NCBI GenBank assembly: GCA_963665325.3
Contig: OZ224045.1
Span: 1,184,001 to 1,248,000, forward strand
Length of the DNA: 64,000 nt
Direction: 5' to 3'
Source: Alphaproteobacteria bacterium
GTDB lineage: Bacteria > Pseudomonadota > Alphaproteobacteria > Bin95
Position 1 is the first letter of the stretch, and each line of letters begins with the position of its first letter. Made by a program: the position numbers and the translations under genes. The notes under the pieces are model-generated. The model did not search any database and was not told the DNA's origin. It saw nothing but the letters and a program-made list of their open reading frames with translations. Positions 20,043-31,662 of this stretch are shown here, piece by piece.

Positions 20043-20860
20043 GCGGTACTCCGCCGGTAAGGATTGCAGCGTCCGCCCGCAGCAGTGCCCTTCAGGACGG
20101 CTCGCAGGCGGCCGGGGCGTCGCCAGAGACGTGCCGCGAAGCGCCCCTTCAATCTCTACCAGTGGGTATTGTCACCCTACTGACTGCGGGCGCCGCTCGG
20201 CAGCGCGTTGGCGGCGAATCCAAGGACTCTGTAGGCTCACCCCGCACCCGTCACAACACAAGCGCCAGGCGGTCTCCATGCGTTTCGTGCGGAGTGAACC
20301 GCCAATCGGAAGGGAAGATTGACCATGCGGCCTCACGCCTTTCCCGTTCAAATTCGCAGCGTCAAACCACCTGCCGGACATCACCGTAAGCCCATTCCCA
20401 AGCAGCCTCCTGCACCAGCCGCAAGATTGCCCATTGACCGATTTAGTTCAGTCCCGCGATAGCAAAGTCGGCGCCTCTGGAGTAACTGACGAACAGCGAG
20501 CGGACGCTCTCTACGCCCTTCTGTGGGGACCCTATGGTGCCGAAGAGCGGGTGCTCATCCTTCGGGAGTGTGCGCGGGATGCGGCCTCTTGAACTTTGGT
20601 CAGATCTGCGACGGCCTCCGGAAGGCGACGGGGCGGAGTTGGCTTTCTCCAGCCGTACTCGCTGAATCGGACCTCGATTGGGGCGAACGCCATTTGCCCG
20701 ATCCTTGTTGGTTTAGTCTGGGCAATATGCAACGCTACTTTACCAGCGCGGGATCGGAGGCACCTCCTTTGACAGCAAGCCATCCTTCGCGGTAATCGGC
20801 ACCGGTATGGTAGGCATCTGCTGCGCCTTCTGCCTAGGGAACGAAGAGTTCAATGTCGCC

Positions 20861-22518
20861 CTAGCCCGCATTTCTCACCGTGGTTGTCATGGGAAGGCGT
20901 TTTGTGTGTTTGCGAGGTCTTGGGAGTGGCGCGCCGGTTTTCTGCTTTTGACGGCGCAGGGGTATCGGTTGCGCCTGAGGCGCTCTGGCGTCCGGGGTAT
21001 GTTTCCTTGTTGTTGACGGTCTGGTTGAGTTGGAGCCTTGGGCTCAGGTCAGCTGCATAATCGCCGGTATGCGTGGGCGAAGATATCGGCATGGGGACAG
21101 GCGGATGCCATGGCGATGCGGATACGCCTTGCGCTGCGTCGGACCTGAGCGCCGACTTTGAGGAGCTTGAGGCGTATGGAGCCGCATGTGGCTCTGGCGA
21201 GGCGAGTGCCTGCGAGCGCGATGCGCCTCAGGGCGGAGAGCAGGACATAGGCCATGGAGGCGAACCAGAGGCGGAGCTGGTTGGCGCGCATGGCGGTTGT
21301 GGAGGTGCGGTCGGCGAAGAGGTCGAGCTGACACTCCTTGATGCGGTTTTCCATCTCGCCTCTGGCGCAATAGAACTGTTCGTAGAGGACCCGCCGGTCG
21401 ATGACAGCCCGGCTCAGCGAGGTGACGATGAAGCGCGGGTTGGCGCGGCCCGGCAGCCACTCCGCCTTGCCGACGACGCGGCGCGGGCGCGACCAGGTCT
21501 TCAGGGTTCGATAGCGGAACTCGGTGAACAGGCGCGCGGGCTCTGCGCTTTTCTGCGAGCGCGCCTCGGCCCGGTCCAGGGCCGGCTGCAGGCGGGCTGC
21601 CAGCCGCGTGTTGCGCGCCAGGCCGAAGACGTAGTCGACGGCATTGTCCTCGCACCATGCCATCAGCAGCTCGCGGGCAAAGCCCGAGTCGGCGCGGAGC
21701 ACGATCTCCACTGCCGGCCAGCGGGCGCGGATCTGTCCGACAATCCGCTCCACCTCCTCGACCGCGCCGGCGCTGGCATCGATGTTGGCACGCCTCAGCT
21801 TTGCCGCCAGAAGATGGTCGCCGCAGAAGATGTAGAGCGGCAGGTAGCAGTAGCAGTCGTAATAGCCGTGGAAGAACCGGCCCTCCTGGCGTCCGTGCAG
21901 CGGGTCGTCGGTGGCGTCGAGGTCGAGCACCAGCCGCTCCGGCGCGCGCTCGTGGGCGTCGAGAAACAGGTCCACGAACAGCGCCTCGATCGCACCGGCA
22001 TCGTGGCCGATGCGCCGATAGCGATGCGCGCCCACCGGCGCGTGCTCCAGACGGTTCAGCGTCGACTTGCCTGCCAGCGGCGCACAATCCCGCCGACGCG
22101 CCTCCAGACGGCCCAGAACCGCGCCCAGAACAGGGTCGCGGCGCAACTCGTCGTGGTCCACAAGGTCCTCGTAGCCCAGCGCAATCCCGAACACACGCTG
22201 GCCCACCAGCGTCTCCACATCGTGCACAACACGATACGAAGAGCGACCGTCCCAAAAGCAATCCGAAAACCGATCTACCAGGCCTATCGCCCGGTCCGTC
22301 GCCCCCAGAAGCAGCGCGCCTGCGTCCGAGGTCATCGTACCGCCGCCGAAATCCGCCACAACATCGCGGCCCTTCAGCCGTGCAAATCGCATCGAAACCG
22401 GGTTACACTCTGTCGGCATCGGGGAGCTCCTCTGCAACCGGACAAGTCTTTGTCACAAAAGAACTTTCTCACATGCAGACCCCCGATGCACCTACCCACG
22501 GTGAGAAATGCGGGCTAG
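20861..22518 (-). mobile_element. IS1380-family insertion sequence
   Basis: Perfect inverted ends CTAGCCCGCATTTCTCACCGTGG / CCACGGTGAGAAATGCGGGCTAG (the CTAG may be the target duplication). Confidence 0.95.
21049..22419 (-). CDS. IS1380-family transposase
   Basis: FGGG.MTSDAG, GYED..DHD.LR.DP, LDLDATDD, LRADSGF, RGEMENRIKE. Confidence 0.95.
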   Translation of the reverse strand: MPTECNPVSMRFARLKGRDVVADFGGGTMTSDAGALLLGATDRAIGLVDRFSDCFWDGRSSYRVVHDVETLVGQRVFGIALGYEDLVDHDELRRDPVLGAVLGRLEARRRDCAPLAGKSTLNRLEHAPVGAHRYRRIGHDAGAIEALFVDLFLDAHERAPERLVLDLDATDDPLHGRQEGRFFHGYYDCYCYLPLYIFCGDHLLAAKLRRANIDASAGAVEEVERIVGQIRARWPAVEIVLRADSGFARELLMAWCEDNAVDYVFGLARNTRLAARLQPALDRAEARSQKSAEPARLFTEFRYRTLKTWSRPRRVVGKAEWLPGRANPRFIVTSLSRAVIDRRVLYEQFYCARGEMENRIKECQLDLFADRTSTTAMRANQLRLWFASMAYVLLSALRRIALAGTRLARATCGSIRLKLLKVGAQVRRSARRIRIAMASACPHADIFAHAYRRLCS

Positions 22519-22519
22519 T

Positions 22520-22967
22520 GGAACCGGGCCGGTTCGAGCGATGAGGCCTCGTTCAGCAATCTCTGCGGCTTCGTCAAGGCCTCCTGCCCACCGGCCGCCA
22601 TGCTGCGTGTGCTCCAAAAGGCGCCCGGAAGGTGCGCGTGCCCAGGAGGGACACGAGCGACATACCGGTCCGGAATGTCGTGGTGGTGGCCGGCGTCTGG
22701 TCGCGGCCATGCTCGGCACGAAGGTCCCGCTGGAGGCGGAGGGCGTGCGCCTCCGGCGGCGTCGCCGAGTTCGCACCGCCGGAGGCGCCGGAGGCCCCCC
22801 GGGTCGCCACCCGTGTCCGCCGCCACGGGGACGCGCTGTTCCCGGAGATGAAGGGCGGACGGGTTACCGAATGGATGGGCCCGCGCCCCTCGCATCCGGA
22901 TTCGAAGCCGGTCATCGGCCGCCCGCCGAGCGTGGACCTGGCGCCCTTCCGGCCCGACCGGTTCTAG
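22520..22967 (+). pseudogene. D-amino-acid dehydrogenase-like FAD oxidoreductase remnant (internally deleted)
   Basis: VVVVAGVWS, WMGPRPSHPDSKPVIGR, DLAPFRPDRF*; 5' part missing at the IS. Confidence 0.7.
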
Positions 22968-23013
22968 AACGCGGACTCCGCCCGAGAGCCGCCGCAGACG
23001 GAGACAGGAAGCC

Positions 23014-23676
23014 ATGGAACACAACTGGGATTTCTACACCGTCTTCATCGGCTACGAAGGGTGGTGGCTGAAAGGCCTGCTCGTCACCATTGCCTATGCG
23101 ACCGGAACCGTGATCGGCGGCCTCATCATCGGCGTCGTCTGCGGCATGGGCCTGCTCGCGAACCGCTGGTGGCTGACCGTCCCGATTCACGCCTATGTGG
23201 AGCTGTTTCGCTGCACGCCGGTGCTGGTCCAGATCATCTGGTTCTTCTTCGCCCTGCCGATCGTCATCCAGGTCGATCTGCCCGGCTGGCTGGCCGCCGG
23301 CATCGGGCTCACGCTCTATATGGGCTGTTTCGCCACCGAGATCTTCCGGGGCGGCATCATCTCTATCGACAAGGGCCAGTGGCAGGCGGCGCGGGCCATC
23401 GGCATGACCTACCGGGAGATGATGCAGCACATCATCCTGCCGCAGGCCGTCCGCCGGATGGTGCCGCCCTTCGTCAACCAGTCGGTCATCCAGTTCAAGA
23501 ACACCGCCCTCCTCTATGTCGTCGCGGTGCCGGACATGATGTACACGGGCTATCTGGTGGTGGCCGACACCTACCGGCCGCTGGAGGTCTATACAGGCGT
23601 CGCGGTCGCCTATTTCGTGCTGCTCTACCCGATCACGCAGTGGGGCAAACGGCTGGAGGCGCGCAGTGATCAATAG
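23014..23676 (+). CDS. polar amino acid ABC transporter permease
   Basis: [36 protein letters not shown]. Confidence 0.95.
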   Translation: MEHNWDFYTVFIGYEGWWLKGLLVTIAYATGTVIGGLIIGVVCGMGLLANRWWLTVPIHAYVELFRCTPVLVQIIWFFFALPIVIQVDLPGWLAAGIGLTLYMGCFATEIFRGGIISIDKGQWQAARAIGMTYREMMQHIILPQAVRRMVPPFVNQSVIQFKNTALLYVVAVPDMMYTGYLVVADTYRPLEVYTGVAVAYFVLLYPITQWGKRLEARSDQ

Positions 23677-24466
23677 CTCCGGAACCGGCCCCCGCAGCCA
23701 CCCGACGGTGTCCCTGCGCAACCTCCGCAAGAACTACGGTTCGGTCGAGGCCGTGCGGGGCGTGTCCCTCGATGTCCATGCGGGTGAGGTGGTCGTTATC
23801 ATCGGCCCGTCCGGTTGCGGCAAGTCCACGACATTGCGCTGCCTCAACCTGCTGGAGGAGCCGACCGGCGGCACGCTGCGCGTCGGCGACCGGGAACTGG
23901 ACTTCGCCAACCGGCGCAGCCTGCCTACGGGCCGCAACCTGGCGCGCTTCCGCGCCCAGTTCGGCATGGTATTCCAGCAATTCGACCTGTTCGCCCACAA
24001 GACGGCGCTGCAGAACGTCATGGTCGGCCCGACGGTGGTCCAGAGGATTCCGGCGGCGGAAGCCCGCAGCCTCGCCGTGGAGCACCTGGCCCGCGTCGGC
24101 CTCTCGGGCATGGAGGACCGGCTGCCGCGCGAGCTCTCCGGCGGCCAGCAGCAGCGCGTGGCCATAGCCCGCGCGCTTGCGATGAAGCCCGAGGTGCTGC
24201 TGTTCGACGAGGTGACCTCGGCGCTCGACCCGGAGCTGGTCGGCGAGGTGCTGGCCGTAATGCAGGGGCTGGCCCGCGACGGCGCCACCATGGTGGTCGT
24301 GACCCACGAAATGGGCTTCGCGCAGGACGTGGCGGACCGGGTGATCTTCATGGACATGGGAGAGGTGATCGAGGAGGGCTCAGCCGGCGAAGTGCTGACA
24401 AACCCGCAAAGCCCCCGCACCCGCTCCTTCCTGACGCGGTTCCACCGGCAGGAGGCGGAGGGGTAG
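23666..24466 (+). CDS. polar amino acid ABC transporter ATP-binding protein
   Basis: [34 protein letters not shown]. Confidence 0.95.
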   Translation: MINSSGTGPRSHPTVSLRNLRKNYGSVEAVRGVSLDVHAGEVVVIIGPSGCGKSTTLRCLNLLEEPTGGTLRVGDRELDFANRRSLPTGRNLARFRAQFGMVFQQFDLFAHKTALQNVMVGPTVVQRIPAAEARSLAVEHLARVGLSGMEDRLPRELSGGQQQRVAIARALAMKPEVLLFDEVTSALDPELVGEVLAVMQGLARDGATMVVVTHEMGFAQDVADRVIFMDMGEVIEEGSAGEVLTNPQSPRTRSFLTRFHRQEAEG

Positions 24467-24580
24467 AAGGGCTCTCAGCCGTCTTTGTCGAGAACCTCGA
24501 CCCGCCGGCCATACCTTCCGCCAAAAGCAGGCCGAAGCCGCCAAGCCCGATTTTCGACGGAGGATGGGAGGCCGCGCCCG

Positions 24581-25723
24581 TCATTCCAGCAGCAGGGTCC
24601 GGTATGCGGCGAGCCGGTCCGTATCGACCGCAATGCCGAGGCCCGGCCCGTCCGGGACATGCACCATGCCGCCGCGGACCGGGAACGGCTCCGCCAGGAT
24701 GTCCTCCCTGAGATAATAGGTGGACATGTAGAACTCGCAGCCGAGATGCAGGTCGGGGAGCGCCGCCATCAGGTGCGCGCCCGCCGCGTGGGCGACCCCG
24801 GTTTCGAACATGCAACCGCCATAGACGTCGATGCCGCCGAGCCGCGCAATCGCCGCCACCTCCAGAGCGCGCCTTATACCGCCGGATTTCATGATCTTGA
24901 GCGCGAAGATATCGGCAAGGCGCATGGACACGCCTTCCATCGCCTCGCGCGGATCGAACACCGACTCGTCCGCCATCACCGGCGTGTCGATGGCGCGGGT
25001 TATGTCTGCAAGCGCGGCGCGTTCGTGGCGCTTCACCGGCTGCTCGATGAAGGCCAGCCCGAACGCCTCCAGGTCCTTCAGGGTGCGAATGGCGTCGGTG
25101 GCCCGCAGCCCCTGGTTGTAGTCGATGCGGATGCTGAGGGTGTCGCCGTAGAGGGCACGCAGCTTCTCCAGCCGCATCCGGTCGAAGGCGTGGTTGTCGA
25201 AACCGGTCTTGAGCTTCAGGACACTCACGCCGTCGCCGGTAATGCGCGCGATGTCGTCGAGGTCGGCGTCGAAATCGGGGTTGGCGACGGAAAAGCTGAG
25301 CGGCACCGCCTCGCGGTGGCGGCCGCCGACCAGTTCCGATACCGACAGGCCGCTTATCTGCCCCGCAATGTCGAGCAGGGCGGTCTCCAGCGCCGCCTTC
25401 GCCTCCGGGCAGCCGACGACGACCCGGTCCGCCATCGACAGGTGCGTCTCGACCTGGACCGGGTCCCGGCCGATCAGATGGGGGCGCAGATGGACATGGA
25501 GGGCCGCGGCATTCGCTTCGGCAGTGCCGGTGAATACCGGCCAGGGCGATGCCTCGCCCCATCCGGTGATGCCGCCATCCGTCCAGACCTCCAGAATGAC
25601 GCTGTTGACGCCCGCGACATCGCCGCTGCCGTGGGAGTGAACCGCCTGAACCGGAATGCTGACGGTATGGACCCGCAGCCCTTCGATCTTCTGCCGGCCG
25701 GGCGCCCCGGTCACGCGATCCAC
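24581..25723 (-). CDS. muconate-lactonising enzyme subgroup enolase-superfamily protein
   Basis: GWGEA, KLK, DYNQ, IEQP, ADES, LKIMKSGG, GCEF. Confidence 0.92.
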   Translation of the reverse strand: MDRVTGAPGRQKIEGLRVHTVSIPVQAVHSHGSGDVAGVNSVILEVWTDGGITGWGEASPWPVFTGTAEANAAALHVHLRPHLIGRDPVQVETHLSMADRVVVGCPEAKAALETALLDIAGQISGLSVSELVGGRHREAVPLSFSVANPDFDADLDDIARITGDGVSVLKLKTGFDNHAFDRMRLEKLRALYGDTLSIRIDYNQGLRATDAIRTLKDLEAFGLAFIEQPVKRHERAALADITRAIDTPVMADESVFDPREAMEGVSMRLADIFALKIMKSGGIRRALEVAAIARLGGIDVYGGCMFETGVAHAAGAHLMAALPDLHLGCEFYMSTYYLREDILAEPFPVRGGMVHVPDGPGLGIAVDTDRLAAYRTLLLE

Positions 25724-27417
25724 TCGCTCACGGGTGCGGCCGCCTCGTTCAGCGGCTGGCTGATGACATCGACGAGCGTGGGGCCGTCATGCTCGACCGC
25801 CTTCCTGAGCGTGGCTTCGAGGGCATCCGGGTCTTCGACGCGCCACGACTTGACTCCGAAGGCCGACGCGATGGCGGCATGGTCCGAGCGCTCGAAATCG
25901 ACGGAGAAGTAGCGTTCGCCGAAGCCCGCCCGCTGGCCTGCCTTGATCCAGCCGAAGACGGCGTTGGAGAACACGATGAAGGTAATCGGCATTTTGCGGC
26001 GCACGACCGTTTCGAACTCGCCGCAGGTGAAGCCGAAACTGCCGTCGCCCATGAGCGAGACGACCTTCCTGTCCGGCCGGCCGACCCAGGCCCCCATCGC
26101 GGCGGACATGGAATAGCCGAGCGCACCATGCGCCCGGTTGGAGAACAGCGTGCGGCCCGTGGTTCGCAACTCGTAGAAGGCCGACACATAGGGGCAGGGC
26201 GTGCCCGGATCGGCAACCACGATGGCGTCGTCGTCGAGCACCGCACGGAGCGCGGCGACAGTCCTTTCGGGCTTGATCGGCCGGTCCCCGCTCTCGGCAA
26301 GCGGACGGAACGCCGCCCATTTCCTCGCCTTTGCCGGGGCGACGGCCGCCGCCCCGCCGAACCCGGCCGGCGGGGACTTGCGGGCGTCGAGCAACCGGTT
26401 CAACGCCGCCAGCCCGAGCCTTGCATCGCACACCATGCCCGCCTCGGTGCGGTAGGACGCGGCGATAACCTGGGGATCGCAGTCGAGATGGACGATGCGC
26501 GTGGACCTGGACGGCGTGCGCCAGCGCTCGGTCGTGACGGAGCCCGCCCGGCAGCCGATGAAGAACACGAGGTCGGCCGTGTCCAGGAAGTCCTTCGTGG
26601 CCGGCACGCCGCCGTTCGAGCCGACGACGCCCACATTGTTCGCATGCGTCTCCGGCAGGCTGCCCTGGCCGGAAACGGTCGTCGCCACCGCGATGTCGAG
26701 CCCTTCGACGAAGCGCCGGAACTCGGCCTCGCCGCCCGAAAGCACGATGCCGCCGCCGCAGACGACCGCCGGGAACCGGGCGGTCAGCAGCGCCTCCAGC
26801 AGCGCCGCCGCATCCTCCTCCGGCGGCGCCGAGGGGAAGGCCGGATAGGCCGCGTGGCGCGGCTCCGCCCAGATCGTGTCCGGATCGACAGGATCGCGCT
26901 GCACGTCGATGGGGAAGCCGAGATGGGCGGCGCCCGGACGGCCCGTAGTCATGGCCCGGAAGGCGGCGCGCACCATGTCGGGCAGCATGTCGGACCGGTT
27001 GAGCACGGCGTTCCACTTGGTCAGCGGGCGCATCAGGCCTTCCTGGTCCAGCTCCGTCAGCGGGTAGTGGCCGCGCGAGGAGACCGAGACGTCCGAGGTG
27101 ATCGAGAGGACGGGCACGGAGGATTCGTTCGCCTCGACCAGCCCCGGCAGGATGTAGGTCGCGCCGCCGCCCGACGGGCCTTCGCAGATGCCCGGCCGGT
27201 GCGTCACGCGCGCATAGCCGTCCGCCATATAGGCGGCCGAGCGTTCGTCGCGCGTCAGGATATGGTCGATCTTGTGGTCGAGCCGGTAGAGCGCATCGTA
27301 GAAGGGCAGCGTGGTGTCCCCGCAAAGGCCGAAAATATGCCGGACACCATGCGCCTCCAGCATCCGCACCATCGCCTCGGCGCCGTTCAGGACGTTTCCG
27401 GGAGCATCCCCTGTCAT
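25711..27417 (-). CDS. thiamine diphosphate-dependent enzyme (acetolactate synthase-like)
   Basis: RDERSAAYMADGYAR, SGGGAT, GDGSFG..N ThDP motif; start MTGD at 27417. Confidence 0.92.
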   Translation of the reverse strand: MTGDAPGNVLNGAEAMVRMLEAHGVRHIFGLCGDTTLPFYDALYRLDHKIDHILTRDERSAAYMADGYARVTHRPGICEGPSGGGATYILPGLVEANESSVPVLSITSDVSVSSRGHYPLTELDQEGLMRPLTKWNAVLNRSDMLPDMVRAAFRAMTTGRPGAAHLGFPIDVQRDPVDPDTIWAEPRHAAYPAFPSAPPEEDAAALLEALLTARFPAVVCGGGIVLSGGEAEFRRFVEGLDIAVATTVSGQGSLPETHANNVGVVGSNGGVPATKDFLDTADLVFFIGCRAGSVTTERWRTPSRSTRIVHLDCDPQVIAASYRTEAGMVCDARLGLAALNRLLDARKSPPAGFGGAAAVAPAKARKWAAFRPLAESGDRPIKPERTVAALRAVLDDDAIVVADPGTPCPYVSAFYELRTTGRTLFSNRAHGALGYSMSAAMGAWVGRPDRKVVSLMGDGSFGFTCGEFETVVRRKMPITFIVFSNAVFGWIKAGQRAGFGERYFSVDFERSDHAAIASAFGVKSWRVEDPDALEATLRKAVEHDGPTLVDVISQPLNEAAAPVSEWIA

Positions 27418-27685
27418 GTTCCGCAATCCATCGCCAGCCGTCCCTCTGAAGGCTGAGCGCTTCCGTCCCACGCTGCCCGTTCCGTATAGGGGCCGGCATG
27501 CCGGGTCAATAGTACTCCCCAACCTCCTGGTATCCTGGCCGATACCTCGGAAGGCACCCCGTAGCGGCGGCAGAACTATTTCCTTGCCCGGAGGTTCTCG
27601 ACGGCAGACTATGACCAAGAGGCGGACCGGCCGTCTCAATGGAGAACTCGGCCGTTGGTCGCCTCGCACAAGGAGGAGGAAACTC

Positions 27686-28516
27686 ATGAAGAGGATTTTC
27701 GCAGCCTTGGCATCGGCTTTCGTGGCTGCGACGCTGCTGGTCGGCGGCACGACCGCGGGCCAGGCGGAGTCCACCTGGGAGCGGATCAAGAGCAGCGGCG
27801 AGGTCAAGTTCGCGGTGTTCAACTATCCGCCCTATTTCGTGAAGGACAAGGACACCAACGAGTGGGGCGGCGCGCTGATCGAGATGGCGAAGGATGTCGC
27901 CAAGGAGCTCAAGGTCGAGCTCAACATGGTCGAGGTCGGCGGCTGGAGCGAGCTGGTTCTGGCGATCTCCTCCGGCAAGGTGGACTTCGCGGCCGGCATG
28001 CAGGCGACGCCCGTGCGGGCGACGGCGATCGACTTCGCGGGCCCGATCTACTGGATCGAGTGGGTGACCGTGAACAACAAGAACTTCGAGGGCAAGAACT
28101 GGGCCGACTACAACAATCCCGACGTGAAGGTCGCGGTGATGACCGGAACCTCGGACCAGCTCCTGCTTGAAAAATGGGCGCCCAAGGCGACCCAGGTCCA
28201 GTTCAAGGAGTTCTCGCAGATCATCCTTGCGGTCAGCTCCGGGCGGGCCGACGCCTTCACCACCACGGTGCTGTCCAGCATGATCGCCAAGGAGAAGAAC
28301 CCCGAACTCGGCACCTTCAACAATCCGAAGCCGCGCGCGGCGCTGCCCGGCTATTTTGGCATTCGCAGCGAGATGGACCCCACCTTCAAGAAGTTCCTGA
28401 ACTGGTGGGCGGAGTGGAACAACCTTCTGGGCCACAATGAGCGGCGCATGAAGGAAGCGATGCTGAAATACAGCGAGATCACGGAAATCCCGGACACGGT
28501 GTCCTTCTCGCCGTAG
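27686..28516 (+). CDS. amino acid ABC transporter substrate-binding protein (SBP_bac_3)
   Basis: RBS AGGAGGA, signal peptide, TWERIKSSG, YPPY, TPVRA.AIDF. Confidence 0.92.
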   Translation: MKRIFAALASAFVAATLLVGGTTAGQAESTWERIKSSGEVKFAVFNYPPYFVKDKDTNEWGGALIEMAKDVAKELKVELNMVEVGGWSELVLAISSGKVDFAAGMQATPVRATAIDFAGPIYWIEWVTVNNKNFEGKNWADYNNPDVKVAVMTGTSDQLLLEKWAPKATQVQFKEFSQIILAVSSGRADAFTTTVLSSMIAKEKNPELGTFNNPKPRAALPGYFGIRSEMDPTFKKFLNWWAEWNNLLGHNERRMKEAMLKYSEITEIPDTVSFSP

Positions 28517-28526
28517 CTGTCCCAGG

Positions 28527-28562
28527 GAAAGCCCCGCCGCCCAGCGGGGCTTTCGCCTTTTA
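28527..28562 (+). terminator. rho-independent terminator
   Basis: GAAAGCCCCGC-cgccca-GCGGGGCTTTC followed by TTTT. Confidence 0.8.
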
Positions 28563-28639
28563 TGTCCCAAAATTCAGTAACCAAATGAGAGGGCAGAAAA
28601 GTTGCGCTAGGCCAGCAGTGCCGAAGGGGGTTAAGCCCT

Positions 28640-28890
28640 GTGGACGAGGCCGGCGAAGTCCTACCGCCCTTCCACCGGGAGCCGGATCGGCGGCTCATGC
28701 TGCGCGCGATGCTGGATGCAATCTCTTTCCACCTCTGCGGCGTTACCGGCCGCAACGACATCCGCTGCATCTACTCGACCTTCCACTTCGTCGAGCGTGG
28801 AGAAGCAGGTGCGGGGCCACTGCCGCTCCTGCGACCTCTGCCTCGCCCGGACGAGCGCGCTCGAGGCGGGCCAGCCCAACGCGGTGAACC
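28640..28890 (+). pseudogene. C-terminal remnant of a type IIG (Eco57I-like) restriction-modification protein
   Basis: LPPF..DRRLMLRAMLDA..FHL.G...DIR.IYSTF..VER, continuing in another frame as RSCDLCLA...LEAG. Confidence 0.6.
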
Positions 28891-28936
28891 CAGGCGTTTC
28901 GCAGCGGTGTTACATTGGCTACCGTGGAGGGGACGC

Positions 28937-30107
28937 ATGCTGACCCTCACCGAAGAAGTCCTGCTGCTGCTGGGCGATGAGGAAGGAACATTCCTACCGG
29001 TCGACAAGCACGCCTTCGACTGCGCTCTGGCGGGGGCGGTGTTGCTGGACCTGGCGTTTGCCTACCGGATCGATACCGACCCGCAGGTGCTCACGGTGAT
29101 CGATCCCGCGCCGACCGGAATGCCCATGCTCGACCGCATCCTGGCCAAGCTCGCGTCGCGCGCGGACGCGGTGGATGCCGCGAGTTGGATCGGGGAGTTA
29201 TCCACGGACGATGCCGAGACCGTTCGCGAGCAGGCGTTGGCCAGCCTGGTCGAGCGCGAAATCCTGGAGAGAAAGGAAGAACCTTTCCTGTGGGTTTTCC
29301 GTCCCGTCCGCTATCCGATGATCGATGGGGAAGCGGTGCAGGAGATCAAGCTGCGGATCGACGACGTGCTGTCCGACCCCCGGGATGTCGCTCTGCTGAG
29401 CCTGGTGGACGCCTGCCAGATCCTCCCCGACCTCTTCCCCGACCGGAAGCTCAACGAGGTGACTCCCCGGATCGGGCTGCTGCGCAAGATGGACCTGATC
29501 GGACGCGAAGTCGCCGGAATGATCGCCAATATCCAGCGCACGATCATTCTCGCGGCCCGGGCGGAGGCGGCCCGGTTCAAGAAGTTGCGGCTGATCCTTG
29601 CCGCCGTCGGCGATGCCGCGGCTGCCGTCACGCTTTTCGCGCCTCGGGTTCCGGTCCCGGACAGTTACGGTCCGAACTTGCTCGAGCATCTTTGGTTCGA
29701 CGGCATCTGGCGGCAATGGAGCGGATACCTGATTCTCGGCCTCGCTATCCTGGGGTTGGCCATTGCCATCGTTATCAAGAAGCGGCTGGTCACGCAGATC
29801 GCTCGCTCCCATCGATGGAGGCTCTCCCATTTCGTCCTCGGTGCGGGCTGCGTGCTCGTCCTGTTCGCCCATACCGGCTTTCGCCTGGGCTCCGACCTCA
29901 ACGCGGCGCTGATCGGTTTCTTCCTCGCGGTGCTGCTGACCGGCGCGCTCGCCGAAATTTGCACCGGCACCCCATCCCGGCTGCGGGCGATTGGGATCGC
30001 CAAAGCCCGCCAGGCTGCGCCAGCATCTGATGCGGCTCCATATCATGGCCATATGTCCTCTGCCGGCGCTACTGATCGTCCATATCCTCACGGCCTACCG
30101 GTACTGA
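28937..30107 (+). pseudogene. GPP34-family domain fused to a His-containing multi-TM (cytochrome b-like) domain; one frameshift near 30001
   Basis: LTEEVLLL..AGAVLLDL..RIDTD..DPRDV..KMDLIGR, then WRQWSGY..SHFVLG..AHTG; the true end RLHIMAICPLPALLIVHILTAYRY* lies in a shifted frame. Confidence 0.75.
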
Positions 30108-30119
30108 CGGGATCGGCGG

Positions 30120-31604
30120 GTGTCTCGGAGAGCTATTTCTTGGCTTGTGTCGGGGACGCTGCTGGCTTCCGCCTTCGTTGTGGCGTCGATGTTCGTGAGC
30201 GGGGACCGGCGGATACCGCCCGCCGGCGCGATGACCGATGCCCACCATCAGCTGGAGATGTCCTGTGAGACCTGTCACGGCACAACAGCCTTCGCCGATA
30301 CGGCAGCAGCGGTGAAGGCGCTGAACAGGTCCTGTCTGGCCAGTCACGAGGACGAACTGAAGGCTGCCGACGACAGCCATCCGCGCAAGACCTTCCGCAA
30401 CCCGAGAATGGCCGCTTACTGGGAAAAGCTCGACGCGCGCCTTTGCACTACCTGTCACGTCGAGCACCGCCCGGAGATCACCAAGGTGGGCGCGGTCACG
30501 GTCGCGATGGATTTCTGCATGGCATGCCACGCCGAGGGCGAACAGGACGTGCGGACCCGGCAGCCGAGTCACGCCGGCCTGACCTTCGACAGCTGTGCAT
30601 TGAGCGGCTGCCACAACTACCACGACAACCGCGCGCTCTATGAGGATTTCTTGGTCAAGCACTCCCATAAGGCCTGGCTCGCGCTTACTCCGATGCACGC
30701 GCTCGCCGCGCGGGCCCGCACGGCGAGCGTGGAGTCCGCGGCAACGCCGCTCGAACCGGGCGACGCCGTGGCGCCCGCCTCTGCACTCGCCGGTCCCGCC
30801 GTCCTCGAAGACTGGGCGGGCTCCGGCCATGCAGCGGCCGGGATCAACTGCGGCGCCTGCCATGCGCCCGCTGCCAGGGACGCGTCACTGGAGGCGATCG
30901 AAGCCGACTGGGTGGACGCGCCGGAAATGTCAGTCTGCTAAGACTGCCATAGAATATAGGCAAGGACCTTCGTCAGGGGCCGGCACGGCATGCGCCAGCA
31001 TCCTCGGATCGCAAAGCCGCGCGATCCGCACCATGCCATAAAGGGGTTGGGGCTCGATGGAGTGCTCCCGGAGACCGTCATGGTGTGGCTCGAAGACCCG
31101 GCCGTGCCCGAACGCATGACCGCCGGGGAGGCGCGGTTGCCCATGCGTGACGCCGCCGCCGACCAGGATCTCGATTGCGGCACCTGCCACATGCCTCATG
31201 CAGTCGATGTCATGCGTGCAGCGGTCGAAGCCTGCACGTCCTGCCATGACGACGAGCACAGCCGCGCCTTTTTCGACAGCCCTCACCACGCGCTCTGGCT
31301 GGCCGAACGCGACGGCCTAGCGGAGCCGGGTACCGGTGTCAGCTGCGCCACCTGCCACATGAGCAAGATCGAGCGCCGCGGAAAGATCGCGACCGACTAC
31401 AACCAGAACGACAATCTGCGACCGAACGAGAAGATGATCCGGACCGTGTGCCTCGATTGCCACGGCCTCGCCTTCTCTCTAGACGCGTTGGCAGACGCTG
31501 ACCTGATCGACCGCAATTTCTCCGGCAGGCCCATGGTCCATGTCGAAAGCATCGAATGGGCGGTGCGCCGGGCGGAGGAGCAAAAGCAGAAGGGCGGCAA
31601 TTGA
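30120..31604 (+). pseudogene. multiheme cytochrome c (about 11 heme sites) with two in-frame stops
   Basis: CETCH, CLASH (degenerate), CTTCH, CMACH, CALSGCH, CGACH, C*DCH, CGTCH, CTSCH, CATCH, CLDCH; the two ORFs are in frame across TAA and TAG. Confidence 0.88.
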
Positions 31605-31662
31605 CAGGCGCTTCCGTGCGCATTCGTCAATCCGAGCCCCGACCACAGGGAGGACCAGCAGA

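Noticed and set aside
20100-20860. Decayed gene left of the IS1380
   Set aside because: Minus-strand frames look partly protein-like but contain several stops and no family I can recognise
28640-30268. Single 542-aa protein as given in the ORF track
   Set aside because: The 5' part is an RM remnant, the real start with RBS is at 28937, and the 3' tail is frameshift read-through
30939-30959. Stop-codon recoding (selenocysteine or pyrrolysine) in the multiheme cytochrome
   Set aside because: Stops are TAA and TAG and accompany other lesions; ordinary pseudogenisation is simpler
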